From the NCBI GenBank assembly GCA_965153455.1, contig OZ234494.1, positions 310,001 through 374,000 on the forward strand: a DNA stretch of 64,000 nt, read 5' to 3'. This stretch comes from Sphagnum compactum (taxonomy: Eukaryota). Positions 13,874-25,500 of the stretch are shown piece after piece (position 1 is the first letter of the stretch; each line of letters opens with the position of its first letter). A program made the translations under genes and the position numbers. The notes below the pieces were generated by a model. That model did not search any database. It saw only the letters and a list, made by a program, of their open reading frames with translations, and was not told the DNA's origin.

Positions 13874-14007
13874 ATCTTGCAGGAGGATAGCCGCCAATCC
13901 TGCTGCTCTCTCGTATTAATGGTCCATTTTGCAGTGGTCATTTTAACACCTTTAAAAGCTTTTTTCTACTAAAGGAGTTGTTTGCCCGTGTAGGGGTGGA
14001 GATGCTC
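13874..14007. mobile_element. Truncated, internally deleted second copy of the Tourist MITE
   Basis: Shares atcttgcag..ggatag..tcctgctgc..gtccattttgcagtggtcattttaac..aagctttttctact..aaaggagttg and the right TIR ggggtggagatgctc with 12773-13097; left TIR missing. Confidence 0.85.
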
Positions 14008-14836
14008 TTGTGCCGCAGAGCAGGCATTGCAAAACATGGACCTCTGCATCCATCCTTGCCATTCACGGCCTCAATTGAGAGAGTTCAGTTTCACACAAGG
14101 TAAGTCCCTTGGAGCAGCTCTTTCTGGATATGTTTGTCTGCCTCTGCTACTCCTCATTTTGGGAACATATAAGCATGTCCCTTGTCCACTCCTCATTAGT
14201 GTTTTTCTACAACCTAGTGTGGTTTTCCTCAGTTGGCAGTATTCAATGACAAAGAACCAGGTGAACTCCATGAGCATTGAGGACATGGATGATGCGGGTG
14301 GCAGAAATTGTCATGAAACAGCTGACATGAGAGCTTTATGATCACCAACGAAACTTCATTCCTGAAGATCAAGTCAGATTCTATCTATCGTAACTATGAT
14401 TACCAGCTTGCATGGAGGATCAGAGGCTCTTTGCTTGATTCTCTGTCTCTGGATTCTCTGAATAGTTGGAAACAGAATCAAGCACAGGGTGTGTAGGGTT
14501 CAGGATTAAGAACATTGAAATCCTGAACAGAAGATCTTGGTAGCAGACTTGAGATAAATTGGCAATGAGGTACACAAAACTTATGCAACATTTCCATAGC
14601 ATTAAAATATGTCATCACATCATATATAAAATCTGATAAATATGAAAATAAGGAAAATTGGTCCCGTCAAATTCCTTGTTCATGGGTTGAATAATTATGG
14701 AAAGAGGTAGGGTGTGTACGAGGTAACTATCATTGGGAGAGGGTTTATAAGTTGTGATCGGTACCCCCTCTGGGGAGTAGCCATAGCCAGGAGCTACTCA
14801 GGTCTCAATTACAACCCATAACCCTTAACCAACCAT

Positions 14837-15162
14837 GGGTGTGTCACACGGTGGCCTTGCTATTTTTACATTAAAAAGTATCTTAAGGCAAAAGAAGAAT
14901 TATGGAAATTCAAATATTTCACCATGCAAAAATTATAATCTTTAAAAAAATCCTGGAAAAGAAACCAAAATTCTTCAAGATATTATTATAACTCTATAAC
15001 TAATCTCAAGTTTCAACACGAGCCAAAATATCATCTTTCAAAAATCCTCATATAAAAATAGACCTACTACCTAGGGGCCTATAAAAATCCCTTAAGCTAC
15101 TATACTCTATAATGAATCTAAACACAATATCCTTGCCTTGGTAGGCACGGCCAACAAAAATT
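14837..15162 (-). mobile_element. ~325-bp dispersed repeat, copy 1 (Helentron/HINE-like architecture)
   Basis: Colinear reverse-complement match to 50591-50918 over its whole length; family assignment is inference. Confidence 0.8.
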
Positions 15163-15559
15163 ACCTAACATAATTTTGTTCACGAGATTTACTCATCCTC
15201 CTTCCCTTTGTAGTCACTTTTAAAAAATTCCTCGTGCAGTCATTCCTGGTGAAAATGAAAAGTTACCCCATGCGAGTACATTAATGCAAACAATTCACAA
15301 ATAGGCCGTCTGATTATGGGTAAATAACCCTCCCAAAATCCCATAAATTTCATACTAGTCGCTTTTCAAGGGCAGTTCTTAGACAAAGGGTATCAAAAGT
15401 TCGATTATTTTGAACATTGAATTTTTAAATGATTTTAAAAATATATATTAATAAATTCTACTTACATTTTATATGTCCAAAAGTTCATACCGCTCAAAAG
15501 AACCTTAAACTTTTCTAACTCCGTTTCAAAATCTAAATCCTTTTTGATGAGCTCTACCA

Positions 15560-17891
15560 AATTGGAAGGTGGCTTACGATCAATTCTAGGATCATTTGGT
15601 CATTTTTTGTTACAAATATTAGTCTTTCTAAAGTTTCTGATTGTAAATGATATCTTCACAAGTTTGTAAGTATCCCCACTAAAAAAAATTTCTTTTCAAT
15701 CTCAATTTGTGACCCAACAATCTCTAAAATTTGTCCGACCAAAAAATCAAAAATAGGAAATATGACTTCCTTTGCCCACCATTGAAAAGGGCACTTGGTT
15801 TCCTTGGAATCCACTTGGTAATGTATGAATATCAACATTTCCCTATTGACAAGTTTTGTAGTTGGTTCATTTGCCCTAGTAATTGGTCGAAAATATTTAG
15901 ATCGAATTTTGTATGTCTTATTTGATTTATACATCCAACTTTTGATTCTACCATTGGGTGTAAATAATGGTAGCATCTTAAAAGCATAGGACATAATGAT
16001 CGTCTATTATATTCTTCAACAATACTCACCCCTTCTTCACTACCAATAAAAGAAAACAAAAGACGAAGGCTTTTAAATTTGGGGTCTAGCATTAAACATA
16101 ACATGTTATGGGATTTTTCTTTTCATATTTTCATTAAATAAACAGAAATGATTCGAAAACATCACAAACCTCCTTCTTGACATGGATAGCAAACAAAGAT
16201 AAATGTAATCCAAAATCATCATCAATCAAATTAACCGAAGCAAGTGAGTTTATAATTTTTCCCCAACATTTCAAGCACATGGTAATGGTAGATTGCAACG
16301 CATCAGAAAATAACCAAGGGTTACAAAACTAGTTCAAAACACATGCATTCACAATAGGAGAAAAACAATCCACAATGATTTAATAGATGTGCCAAATGAG
16401 AAGAGGAAGCACCGTACCACTAATTCTAACAATATTATACATGTTATAACAAAAGATAACAATATCTTCGAATTGCAAGGCCCCTTTGAACATAATGATT
16501 TTATTGGCAAACCTATAACTAAAATTAAACAAATGTTATGTATCAAACAAACATAATTGAAAAATTAAAAAATATTTCAATAAAAAAAAGATTTTTTTTT
16601 TTCTAAAAGATAAAATTTCACATTATTTTTTTTTGGAGTATTCAATTTTCGAGGGTGAATGTTCAAATTTAAACATGCCTTGTTCCATTCATGTTTACCC
16701 TTGCCCGACTTTTTAGGCCAAATGATACATTTCTACAAATCTCATTGTGTAAACTTGATAGGAATAAATTGAAGGTTTTTGCAAATCATTCATTAGGTGT
16801 AGCATATAAACATGCTTTAGAAAAAACATGGCCAAAACAAGTGCCTTGAAAACTTTCATCTAAACCTAAAACTTCACATTCAATAATTTATTTCAAAATA
16901 ATTATCATTGTAGTTAAATTTGCCCTTTCATTTTTCACATATGCAATATTAAAAAAAAATCAATCCATATTAATCAATCAATTCTGTCAAATTGCTGGCC
17001 AAAGCTTGACCATTAAGTTTTGTTGTTTCAAATAGCCCAATAATCACTTGTTTAAATTGCTAATCAGATCCCAAAAGTTAATCACAAGAGCAAAAATATC
17101 ATGTGCCCCCTTGGACATCTTTAAATCAAAATTTGTTGTAGATATACAATTTCCCAATTTTGGCAAAACATATACTTGTTTCATTTTCTTCATCAATTTA
17201 AGTAATATCTCATGAAAAATTTATTTTTTAGAAGAAAAGATAACTCATGGACATAGATGTAAAATTAGATGCTTAAACCTAACACTTTCCACAAACTGTA
17301 ATGGCAATTGATCTTTCACAAGCAAAAAGCCAAGGTCTTACAAAAAGTCTTTTTGTTGTTCATCATCCTTTTTAAAAGGGTCTTTGATTTAGATATTGCA
17401 CTTTTTGAAATATTCTTTATTTTAGCTAGTTGTCTTTCAAACATTTGGACCTTTTACTACAACATTTACTTCCTCTTCAAAAAATTTGACAATTATTGCA
17501 TGATCACAATCCACATGATTCTTCCAAGTTGTTATACCATATGTTTTAAAATATGTTAGAAGTCTTTTTCTTTCTTTAGTGTTTGGAATAAGTGCATACA
17601 CATCTCATGACTTGAAGATTTGCAAAATCAACTTCTTTATCATCATTTACACAATAAAAACCCAACATATTGTATTCCTGTTATGTTTTTTTCATTTTTT
17701 TCTTTGAGTGTGCAATGTTTGAAAATTTCTTTCCATCTCATTGTTTTCATTAAGGTTTGTTATTTCTTTTGTTATGTTTTGTTTTGTTTGAAAGCTTCCA
17801 TTCATAATTTCATCTTCCATATTCCATTCATTTAAACCAATTTTTTTTCACCATCAATTATCATCACATTTTCATTCTGACTTGACTCCAT
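15560..17891 (-). pseudogene. Decayed hAT transposase (BED-finger-like N-terminus, DDE core, C-terminal dimerisation domain)
   Basis: Fragments in shifting frames: TTNFDL-MSKGAHDIFALVINF (first catalytic D, ~17130), AYVKNERANL...SFQGTCFGHVFSKAC (CxxH, ~16830), LMLDPKFKSL, CPFQWW...QILEIVGSQIEIEKKF (dimerisation domain); many stops and frameshifts; candidate ATG at 17891. Confidence 0.9.
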
Positions 17892-18475
17892 TTCTTACAA
17901 ACTATTAGATAGGTTCAAGAGAAATTAGAAATAAATATTAAAATTTCCAAAATTATGGGTTTAGTTTTGATATTTAATCTTTCAAAAAAAAATCAAATAA
18001 AAAATAAAGCAACTAAAGCAATTATAAACAAAATTTACAAGCAATTATAAACATCTACAAGATTTACAAAATTATTGAGGTAAAAAGTAAAAGATATTAA
18101 AAAAATGTGAAAATATTTTTGGTCCTACACATGAAATAATACACACCATATCAAATACTTATGATTCAATTTTAAAGATTTATCATAAACAACTAAATTT
18201 GCACCAAAATAAATCAAAGAAAGTAACACAAAATGGGGGAAAAAAAATCCAAGACAAAATTGAGAAAAAAGAAAGGCAAATCGGTTCAAATATAAACTCA
18301 AGAAAAAAGTTGAAAAAACAATTAAAAGACCAACTTTAGAAAAAATAAATCTAAAGCATATTTTGTTATTGAAAAATGTTGGAAGATGTGTTATGGAAAA
18401 AGCTTGAACTTCCAAACCTACACACCTGCAAAAAAAAAATGTAGGGGGAAAATATTTATCTAGAATCCCAAAAAA

Positions 18476-19110
18476 CACCAACAAAACATAGCAAGGGCTA
18501 TCAACGATCAACAATAGAACATAACAAAGGAATGTTGATGAGTAAGAAAGGTAAAAAAGGTACCAACAAAACATAACATGCGAACGTTGACAAGCACCAA
18601 TAGAATGTAGCAAGAGGGTGATGATGAACACCAATAAAGCACAGCAAGGGGGCCACAATGAACATCAATAGAACACAACAAGGGACCACTAACAAGCACC
18701 AACATAGTGTAGCAAGGGGGTGACAACAAACACCAATAAAGCGCAACAAAGGGGGGATGACGAACATCAACAAAGTGTAACAAGGGTGTCGACGAGCACC
18801 AACAAAACATAGCACATGGGCAATAATGAGCACCAATAGAGTGTGACACAAGGACGACAATGAGCACCAACAAGTGCAACAGGCAGCATTGATGGCCACC
18901 AATAGAAGATAGCACATAAGTAATGATGACCACCAACAAAACATGACAAACAACAACAAAACACAGAAAAGAATGTTGACGAGTGATGACACACGATGAG
19001 CAACAACAAAAGCATGACAAACACCAATAAAGCACACCAACAGAGTATCAAAAAAACACAACAAAGGGATGATGATGAGCACCAATAGAATGTAGCAAGG
19101 AACAATGCAA
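18476..19110. repeat. Degenerate ~33-34-bp minisatellite inside the hAT element
   Basis: Recurring unit CACCAAYARARYRYAGCAAGGG...GAYGAR in well over a dozen diverged copies; explains the overlapping Cys/Leu-rich minus-strand ORFs. Confidence 0.85.
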
Positions 19111-19250
19111 CAACATCAAAACAATGCACTAATCAAGCAAAACAAATAAAGTTAGCGCTAAGTTTAACAAACACTAAACACTCTCCTTATTTATAAGCAG
19201 AGTGAAGAGAGAAAGAGTAGGAGTTATGGATGGCTCTGACTTTATGGCTC

Positions 19251-19390
19251 TTGTTTAGGGCAATCCTAATTAATTTTTTATTTGTTTTAACCCTACCTAC
19301 TACCTAAGACTAATTCTTTGTGGCGCTTGTTTAGGGTAACCCTAATAATTTGTTAAGAAATTTAGCCCTACTTACTACCTAACACTAATT
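19251..19390. repeat. ~76-bp tandem duplication in hAT subterminal region
   Basis: ttgtttagggYaaYcctaat...ccctacYtactacctaaSactaatt occurs twice. Confidence 0.75.
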
Positions 19391-21563
19391 TATGGACTAC
19401 TGACACCTGACATCCTGATCTTCTTGAATTTTAAGATCATGACAAGTATCAATTTTAAAAAAATAAAAAATCGAGGGTTTCAAATGGGCAGTTTTCAACC
19501 CATTGAGACCCTCGGAAACGGTTTCAAAAAGGGTATCAGATTTTTATGAGACCCTGCCATATTCGAGGTGAGAACCAGCTTGAAACCCCGACCGGTTTTC
19601 GCCTCTTTTCTGAGACCCGCTCAACACCGGTAGCAACCCACCTAGACCAATCAAACTATCTAGCCAATCAACAGCAAGCATTATGCTTTGCTGTGGCCTT
19701 TTACCAGCATCATTGGCAAACTGTGAAAACACGTACGTTTGGCCAAAACCGTTTTGCTGAGCCAAACTGGTGCATTTTGACTTTTTCTTTATCCAATTTT
19801 AATTTGCAGGGTCACAGACTGAACAGTACTGAAGCTGCTCTAAGAGTGTACTATCTATAGCTCTTCTATTTCTGTGAAACTTGACAAAATTTTGGAATGC
19901 TGATGTCCAAGGAAAGGCCTTACTCTCAAGGCGTCATCAAATAGCAACTCCAATAGTTTGATTTGGAAACAAAAAGTGTTATCACTCTTTGTCACATCCA
20001 GAAATGATATTACTGTTTGCCCTCTCCCCATACACAAAAAAGATTGGAATCTACATACATTGAGTTTGCATTTAAATGCCCCATGTGTGGGCCAATCAAT
20101 AGTAGCCAATTTATGTCCAACCATTTTGATTAGTTACTCAAAAACTTTTTTTTTGATTTAAGACCTTTTGTTTTGTTTTTTTGGGCACAAATGAAAATGA
20201 ACAAAGAACACAACCCGAAGCCAAGGGATGGAAAATTGCACACACAACCAAAAGGCACAAAGATTGTCTCAAAGCTTTGAACAATCCCCCACCTATTGCC
20301 ATCCCACTTTTATGTTATTGGATTGAAAATGGGAAACAATAAGCTTGGCATCTTGGATGTGAGAAATATTGTCAGAGGTGCAAATACCTTGTATCAATGG
20401 AGTTGCATAGTTGTTACAACTTTTGAGAAAGATGGGGTGCCTTCAAATGTAGCTTGTCAATGGCGTGAGTGAAGATTGAAATGAAATGCAAGCAACAATT
20501 TGCCAATAACTTGCAGTTCGCAACTAAGGTCAAGTTTCTAATGTCTACAAGTCTATTGCAAGCCAGTTAATTTTGGACAAACTGTTATATAATATGAGCA
20601 ATTTCTCCATGAAAAATATGATTTGCAATACTAAAAGTAATGTTTGTTGATGATCCTAGAGGAATACATTTTCAATTTAACAACTTTTAGCAGTTTTAAA
20701 ATATTGTTACACCTATTTTATTCTATTTAATGCTTCCTGATATCAACTCATCATTCTGTAAAGGGATTCCTTTTAGCTCAACTATAAACAAAACATGTTC
20801 ACATTTTTGGGCAAAGAATATGGGATAAACTATGGTGTTAAAGTGAAGAATATTTTAAGGACACGTTGCACATTTCATTGTTTGAGTAACATAAATTTAA
20901 TAATCAATTTGTGAGAATTGTTTGTTAGGTGTGTTAATTTAATTATTTATTTAAATGTTAATTAAATAGGGATAAATCAAGTTAGCTTAATTGTTTGGGT
21001 TTTTATTTAGAATTAATTTAGGTGTGAATGAGGTTTGAAATAATATGTGAATGGGCTATAATTTTCATTTGTGTGATTTCAAATCACTTTTGATGATTCA
21101 AGGTTCTAGCACACATTATTGTTATATGCAAATTTTTATGTTTTGTGCACGATGTTAATTTTTAATTTTGTTGTGTGAAAATGTTGGGTTTGAATTCTTA
21201 TTTTCATTATAGATGAACGATCATTTTGAATTATCAAAAAATCTGAACACAGTGTACCATTTGAAATATTTTTCATGTTATTTTTTGTATATGTAATGAC
21301 AATAATAGGTGTAAGCATCGACATCGGAACACATGACATTAAAAAATAATCGACTGTGCTTATATTTATGAGAATTGATAATTTGAATATTGATTGACAA
21401 TTTTTTGGATACATGAACAAATCTCATGAAACTAAAAAAATAATAAAAACTAGGCTGGTTCTTACAACTCTATGAGAAGACTGGAACCAGCTTGCCCTGC
21501 ATAGGGTGCTTTACACAATGCAACACCCACCCAAAAGGTCATTACAAGCTAATGCACCTTGGA

Positions 21564-21810
21564 TTAGAGCATGAAGAGAAAAGAGGGGCCAAGTGAGAAA
21601 GATGACCTAATCAATTTATTGAATCGAACTCTTATTATGTCCATGCTTAAAAAAAGTGAATGCATAAAAGTCCTGAAATGGCCAACGAAAGCTTTGAAGG
21701 AAAATCCAATCGAAAATATTTTCAATGTTGAATTGTTTATGTTGAACCACAAGCTCCAAAAAACAAGCACCTCATCACAAAATGACTCTAGCCCTTCATG
21801 ACAAGTTCAA
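21564..21810 (-). mobile_element. Non-LTR (LINE) reverse transcriptase relic
   Basis: Frameshifted fragments MKG-RVI..DEVLVFW, QFNIENIFDWIFL and RVRFN..SSFSL..PSFLF occur in the order of LINE RT motifs GRxIxDN, LDFEKAFD.W.FL and P.LF. Confidence 0.5.
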
Positions 21811-22082
21811 ACTTCAGACTAGAAACTTCCTTTACTAAATCTACAACTTCTCATCTAAACACATGCATCTCTAATGTAAAGCACCGGCACTTTTTTTTCC
21901 TTTTGTATTTTCAAGTCGCTCCTTAGCATAAATTTGTTTTGCTTAATTTTCTCAGACTTACTTATCTGAGACTTACCTACGTTTTATTGGATCTTCCGAA
22001 ATTTGGAGGACCCAATATAACAATCTTCCAAATTTCAGAAGATCCAGTTTTATAATTTTAAAAACAAAAAAAAATATCCTTA

Positions 22083-22230
22083 TTTTATGTAAAGGAAGGT
22101 CTTATTATGGGGCCTTTCGAATTTGAGATTCTCTAGGTCGATAGTGAGAACTTTATTTTTAACCCTCTTATCGAGTTTGAGGATTTCAAATTCGAAAAGC
22201 CCCCATAGCACGAGACACTCTCCTATAAAA
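22083..22230. repeat. Foldback/hairpin element ~320 bp upstream of ABIL; second hairpin at 21989-22046
   Basis: tatggggcctttcgaatttgagattctc pairs with gaggatttcaaattcgaaaagcccccata; tggatcttccgaaatttggagga pairs with tcttccaaatttcagaagatcca. Confidence 0.8.
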
Positions 22231-22548
22231 ACATACCCATACATCAAATGCACACATCACACTTCAATGTCACTCGCACATGGGGTCAGTCAACCTTGAG
22301 GCAAAATTTTGTGGCCAACTCCTACAAGGGATGAATGGGTGGATGAATGTATCACTGAATTTCATACATGTGGATGAAAATATGCTTTCTTTTTTTTGAA
22401 ATACTTAATCTATATATATATATATCTCAAATGAGAACGACTGAGGAGGAGGGAGTTTGGAAGGGCCATAGCAGCGCCTTCTTCTCTTCTCCGTCTTCTC
22501 TTCTTCTCCGCATTCCAACGCTTCCCATCTTTCTCGCGGAAGTCGGAG

Positions 22549-25500
22549 ATGGAGCCTCCTCTCATGACCTACCACGAAGCCGAAATGCAGCGCAGCCATC
22601 ACTTCATTCAGGCCTTGAAGGTATGACAATAATATCAACATATTATATATATTTTTTCCTCGTATGACTTCTGTTTCTCCTTCTTCCTTCCTCTTGTTCG
22701 CAATGTCTGAGTGTGTGTGTGTGTGTCTGTATTTCTCTCTGCCCCGGACGCCGCTGCACTCCCGTGGATTCAATGCACATTGCAGACAGTAAGTAGTGAC
22801 GGATTCTTTTTGTGCTTTATAACAGAGATTTTTTTGGTCTGTTTCTTAGACTTCGTTCTGAAATCTGAATCTTGGACTCTACATTGTTGGTTGTGGAATA
22901 TCACTAGCTGTGAATAATAAGCCTGTGAAATCACCACCCAAAATACAAATTGAGAGGTTTATGCAGTGCGTGTTAGGTATTGGAGTCAACCAAGATAGGA
23001 ATTTTCACTTTTATGTCTTGCTAAATTGGAATTCCTTCTGTCTGAATGAAAGTATTGGAGCTCATATGCTGGTTTTATGGACATACGAATTCAGGGTTTA
23101 TTGTCACGTTTGAATAAGTAGAGCAGTGCCTGTTGAATATGCTGGTGTGACGAAGTCTGATGAAGAATGTCATTTGTGTCTTTTGATTAGGATTTTTTTG
23201 GTGCAGCCTAATTGCTCAAATTGGTGACATAAACACTGTCATGAGTATTAATGCACGATATGCTTATTTGGACTGTAACAAAATTCCTCATATGGCCCTT
23301 GAGTGCTAGCCTACAATCTTTCCATTGCTTGTGAGAAAGTTACAGAAACTCGGGATGCAGATCGATATATAATTGTTTGCTCTAAGTTTTGAGCAGAATT
23401 TCATATTCTTACATGTATCTACTGCTGGGAGCTGATCAATTCAGTAAGGAGAAATCTCAGCTGGTCACTACTATGCCATTGATGATGTAGGTGTTGCTTT
23501 AATACTTTATGATCGACGCTCACAAGGTTATGACTGCACATATTCTTGTCATGTCTTGTGAGTTGAATTTTGCTTCTGATTGCTTCTCTTGCAAGTTCTT
23601 GGATTTAGCTGTAAACAAAGTACTTCCTGTGATATCTTTGATAATCATTCTCAACCAGATCTCATGATACGCATAGCTCATGTTCTTTCCAATATCTCTA
23701 TTAGTGCTAAGTTGGACATTATCTAAAGTCAATTTCAAAGGTTCTTGAGGCTTTGTAGTTCTAAAGTTTTCTTAAGTTCTTGAGTTCTCAGATGGTTGTG
23801 ATAGATAAGTCACTATCTTACATGTTATTGTTGATGGTCCCTGAACAACTGAGAGACTCTCACTTTTTTTCATATTGCCAGTTTTGTTGTTCTAGTTCTA
23901 CCCTTCTGTATTTGTTGTCTTCCTGGTTCTTCAGTCCTTATCTGGACATCTTTCTTTGACTTGAAGGAGAACTTTTGAACCTTGTTCTGGCTTTCTTAAT
24001 AGTGAGTATGGAGATTTTTCAATTTCTCATTTGAGGTATTCTTGTCACGTTTTTTTTAGTTTTACCACAACTGACACAATGGCTATCTTCAAAGTTTTTG
24101 TCAAGTATTTTTCTAGTGTTTTCTCTGCAATCTTGTTGATATCTGTTTCAATTCCTCTGAGGATTGACGCATTTGTAAGTGCATCCAAGTTTATTACTGC
24201 CAGGGTGATAAATACCTAATGACCAAGGAGAGTCTAAGAAATAATTGACAAGTAGTAGCTGGACTGTGTCAATGTGCAGGAGCTTCAAAATCTTCGACCA
24301 CAGCTTTATTCTGCAGCAGAGTACTGTGAATCTTCCTACCTTTTTAGTGACCAAAAACAAGTGTAAGCGTTTTGTGTTGTCTTTCCACTTGAGCAGTGGC
24401 ATTCAAATTGAATTCTTCTAGAGCAGGAACAAAATCCAGTGGTCTCCTCTTTCATTTACTTGGTATGGATAGAAACTGCACAGACTAGATCTCTGTGGTC
24501 CTGAAACATTCCCTTCTGTTATGCTAAGATGTGCAGTTCAGATGACTTTGAAAGCTGCTGAGGGTTAGGTTTTCATGCCTCGGTAACAGAATGAGCTGGT
24601 GGTTTTTGGCAGGGTGCTTGATAATTTGAAGGACTATACTGTGAAGGCATTAGTGAATGCTGTTGACCACTTAGGAACAGTTGCATACAAGCTAAATGAT
24701 CTTCTCAGTCAGCAGACAACTGAAATCTCTGCAATTGAGCTTCAAGCAGCATCCCTAGCTCAGGTGCAAGTTCTTTAAGGGCAAACACAGAGTTTATGGC
24801 ACCAATGAAGTTGGCATTTTTTATTTGGAGGAGCTCTAAATCTCTTCCTTTTCGGTTTAGCTGGAGATGTCAGTTGGTTGGTGGATATGGATGAAATTGA
24901 ACAAGATTTGCAATTGGGAACCATGCAATGTACTGTATGGTTCTCAATTGCTTCTTGGAACTGTTAGAAATTTCACCACTGGAGATTACCAAAAGTCATA
25001 AAGATTGAGCTCTATGCTATTTTTTTGTACAGATATAACGAATCTCAAACAAAGATAACATCAATTTGTTCCCTGGTTTAGCTTGCTCTGTCACTGCTAA
25101 ATGCAGTACACCATCATAGTCAACTAGCAGTTGAAGGGGAGAGGAAGATTGCTGGCACAACTTGTGAATTTGTTGATACAAAATGGATGCTGTATTTTAT
25201 GTTGATGATTTTGGAGATGATCTTGGTGTTTGTGTAGCGGATGCGGTCATGCCAAGAACATTCAGATCGTGAGGGGCTTAAGAAACAGTCCTTGGCGAAA
25301 AACATGCATGTTAACCACAAGCATTATGTTCTTTCAGGTACTTGACTTTCTCACTCCTCCTCCCCTTATACAGAGAAATTGCCACCTACCACCACTGTGT
25401 AGCAGTTCAGGAAACTATGGTTTCCAAATGAATTAGGAGATGCTATTCCCATTAGCTTGGAAGGGTTTAGGACTACAGTCTCTACTGCCAGAATAAACCC

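Larger units (their letters stand above)
15370..19630 (-). mobile_element. hAT element hosting the transposase relic (left end approximate)
   Basis: Right end ...CTCAACACCG resembles the hAT terminus CAGTGTT reversed; clustered GAGACCC subterminal motifs at 19505-19618; no TSD or left TIR found. Confidence 0.6.

Noticed and set aside
14027..14341. ORF or small spliced gene (donor AAG|GTAAGT near 14100)
   Set aside because: Splicing gives an early stop; no recognisable protein
18476..19110. CRISPR-like periodicity and Cys/Leu-rich ORFs (18125-19129)
   Set aside because: The whole unit is degenerately repeated with no unique spacers and no cas genes; the ORFs are translations of a minisatellite in a eukaryotic transposon
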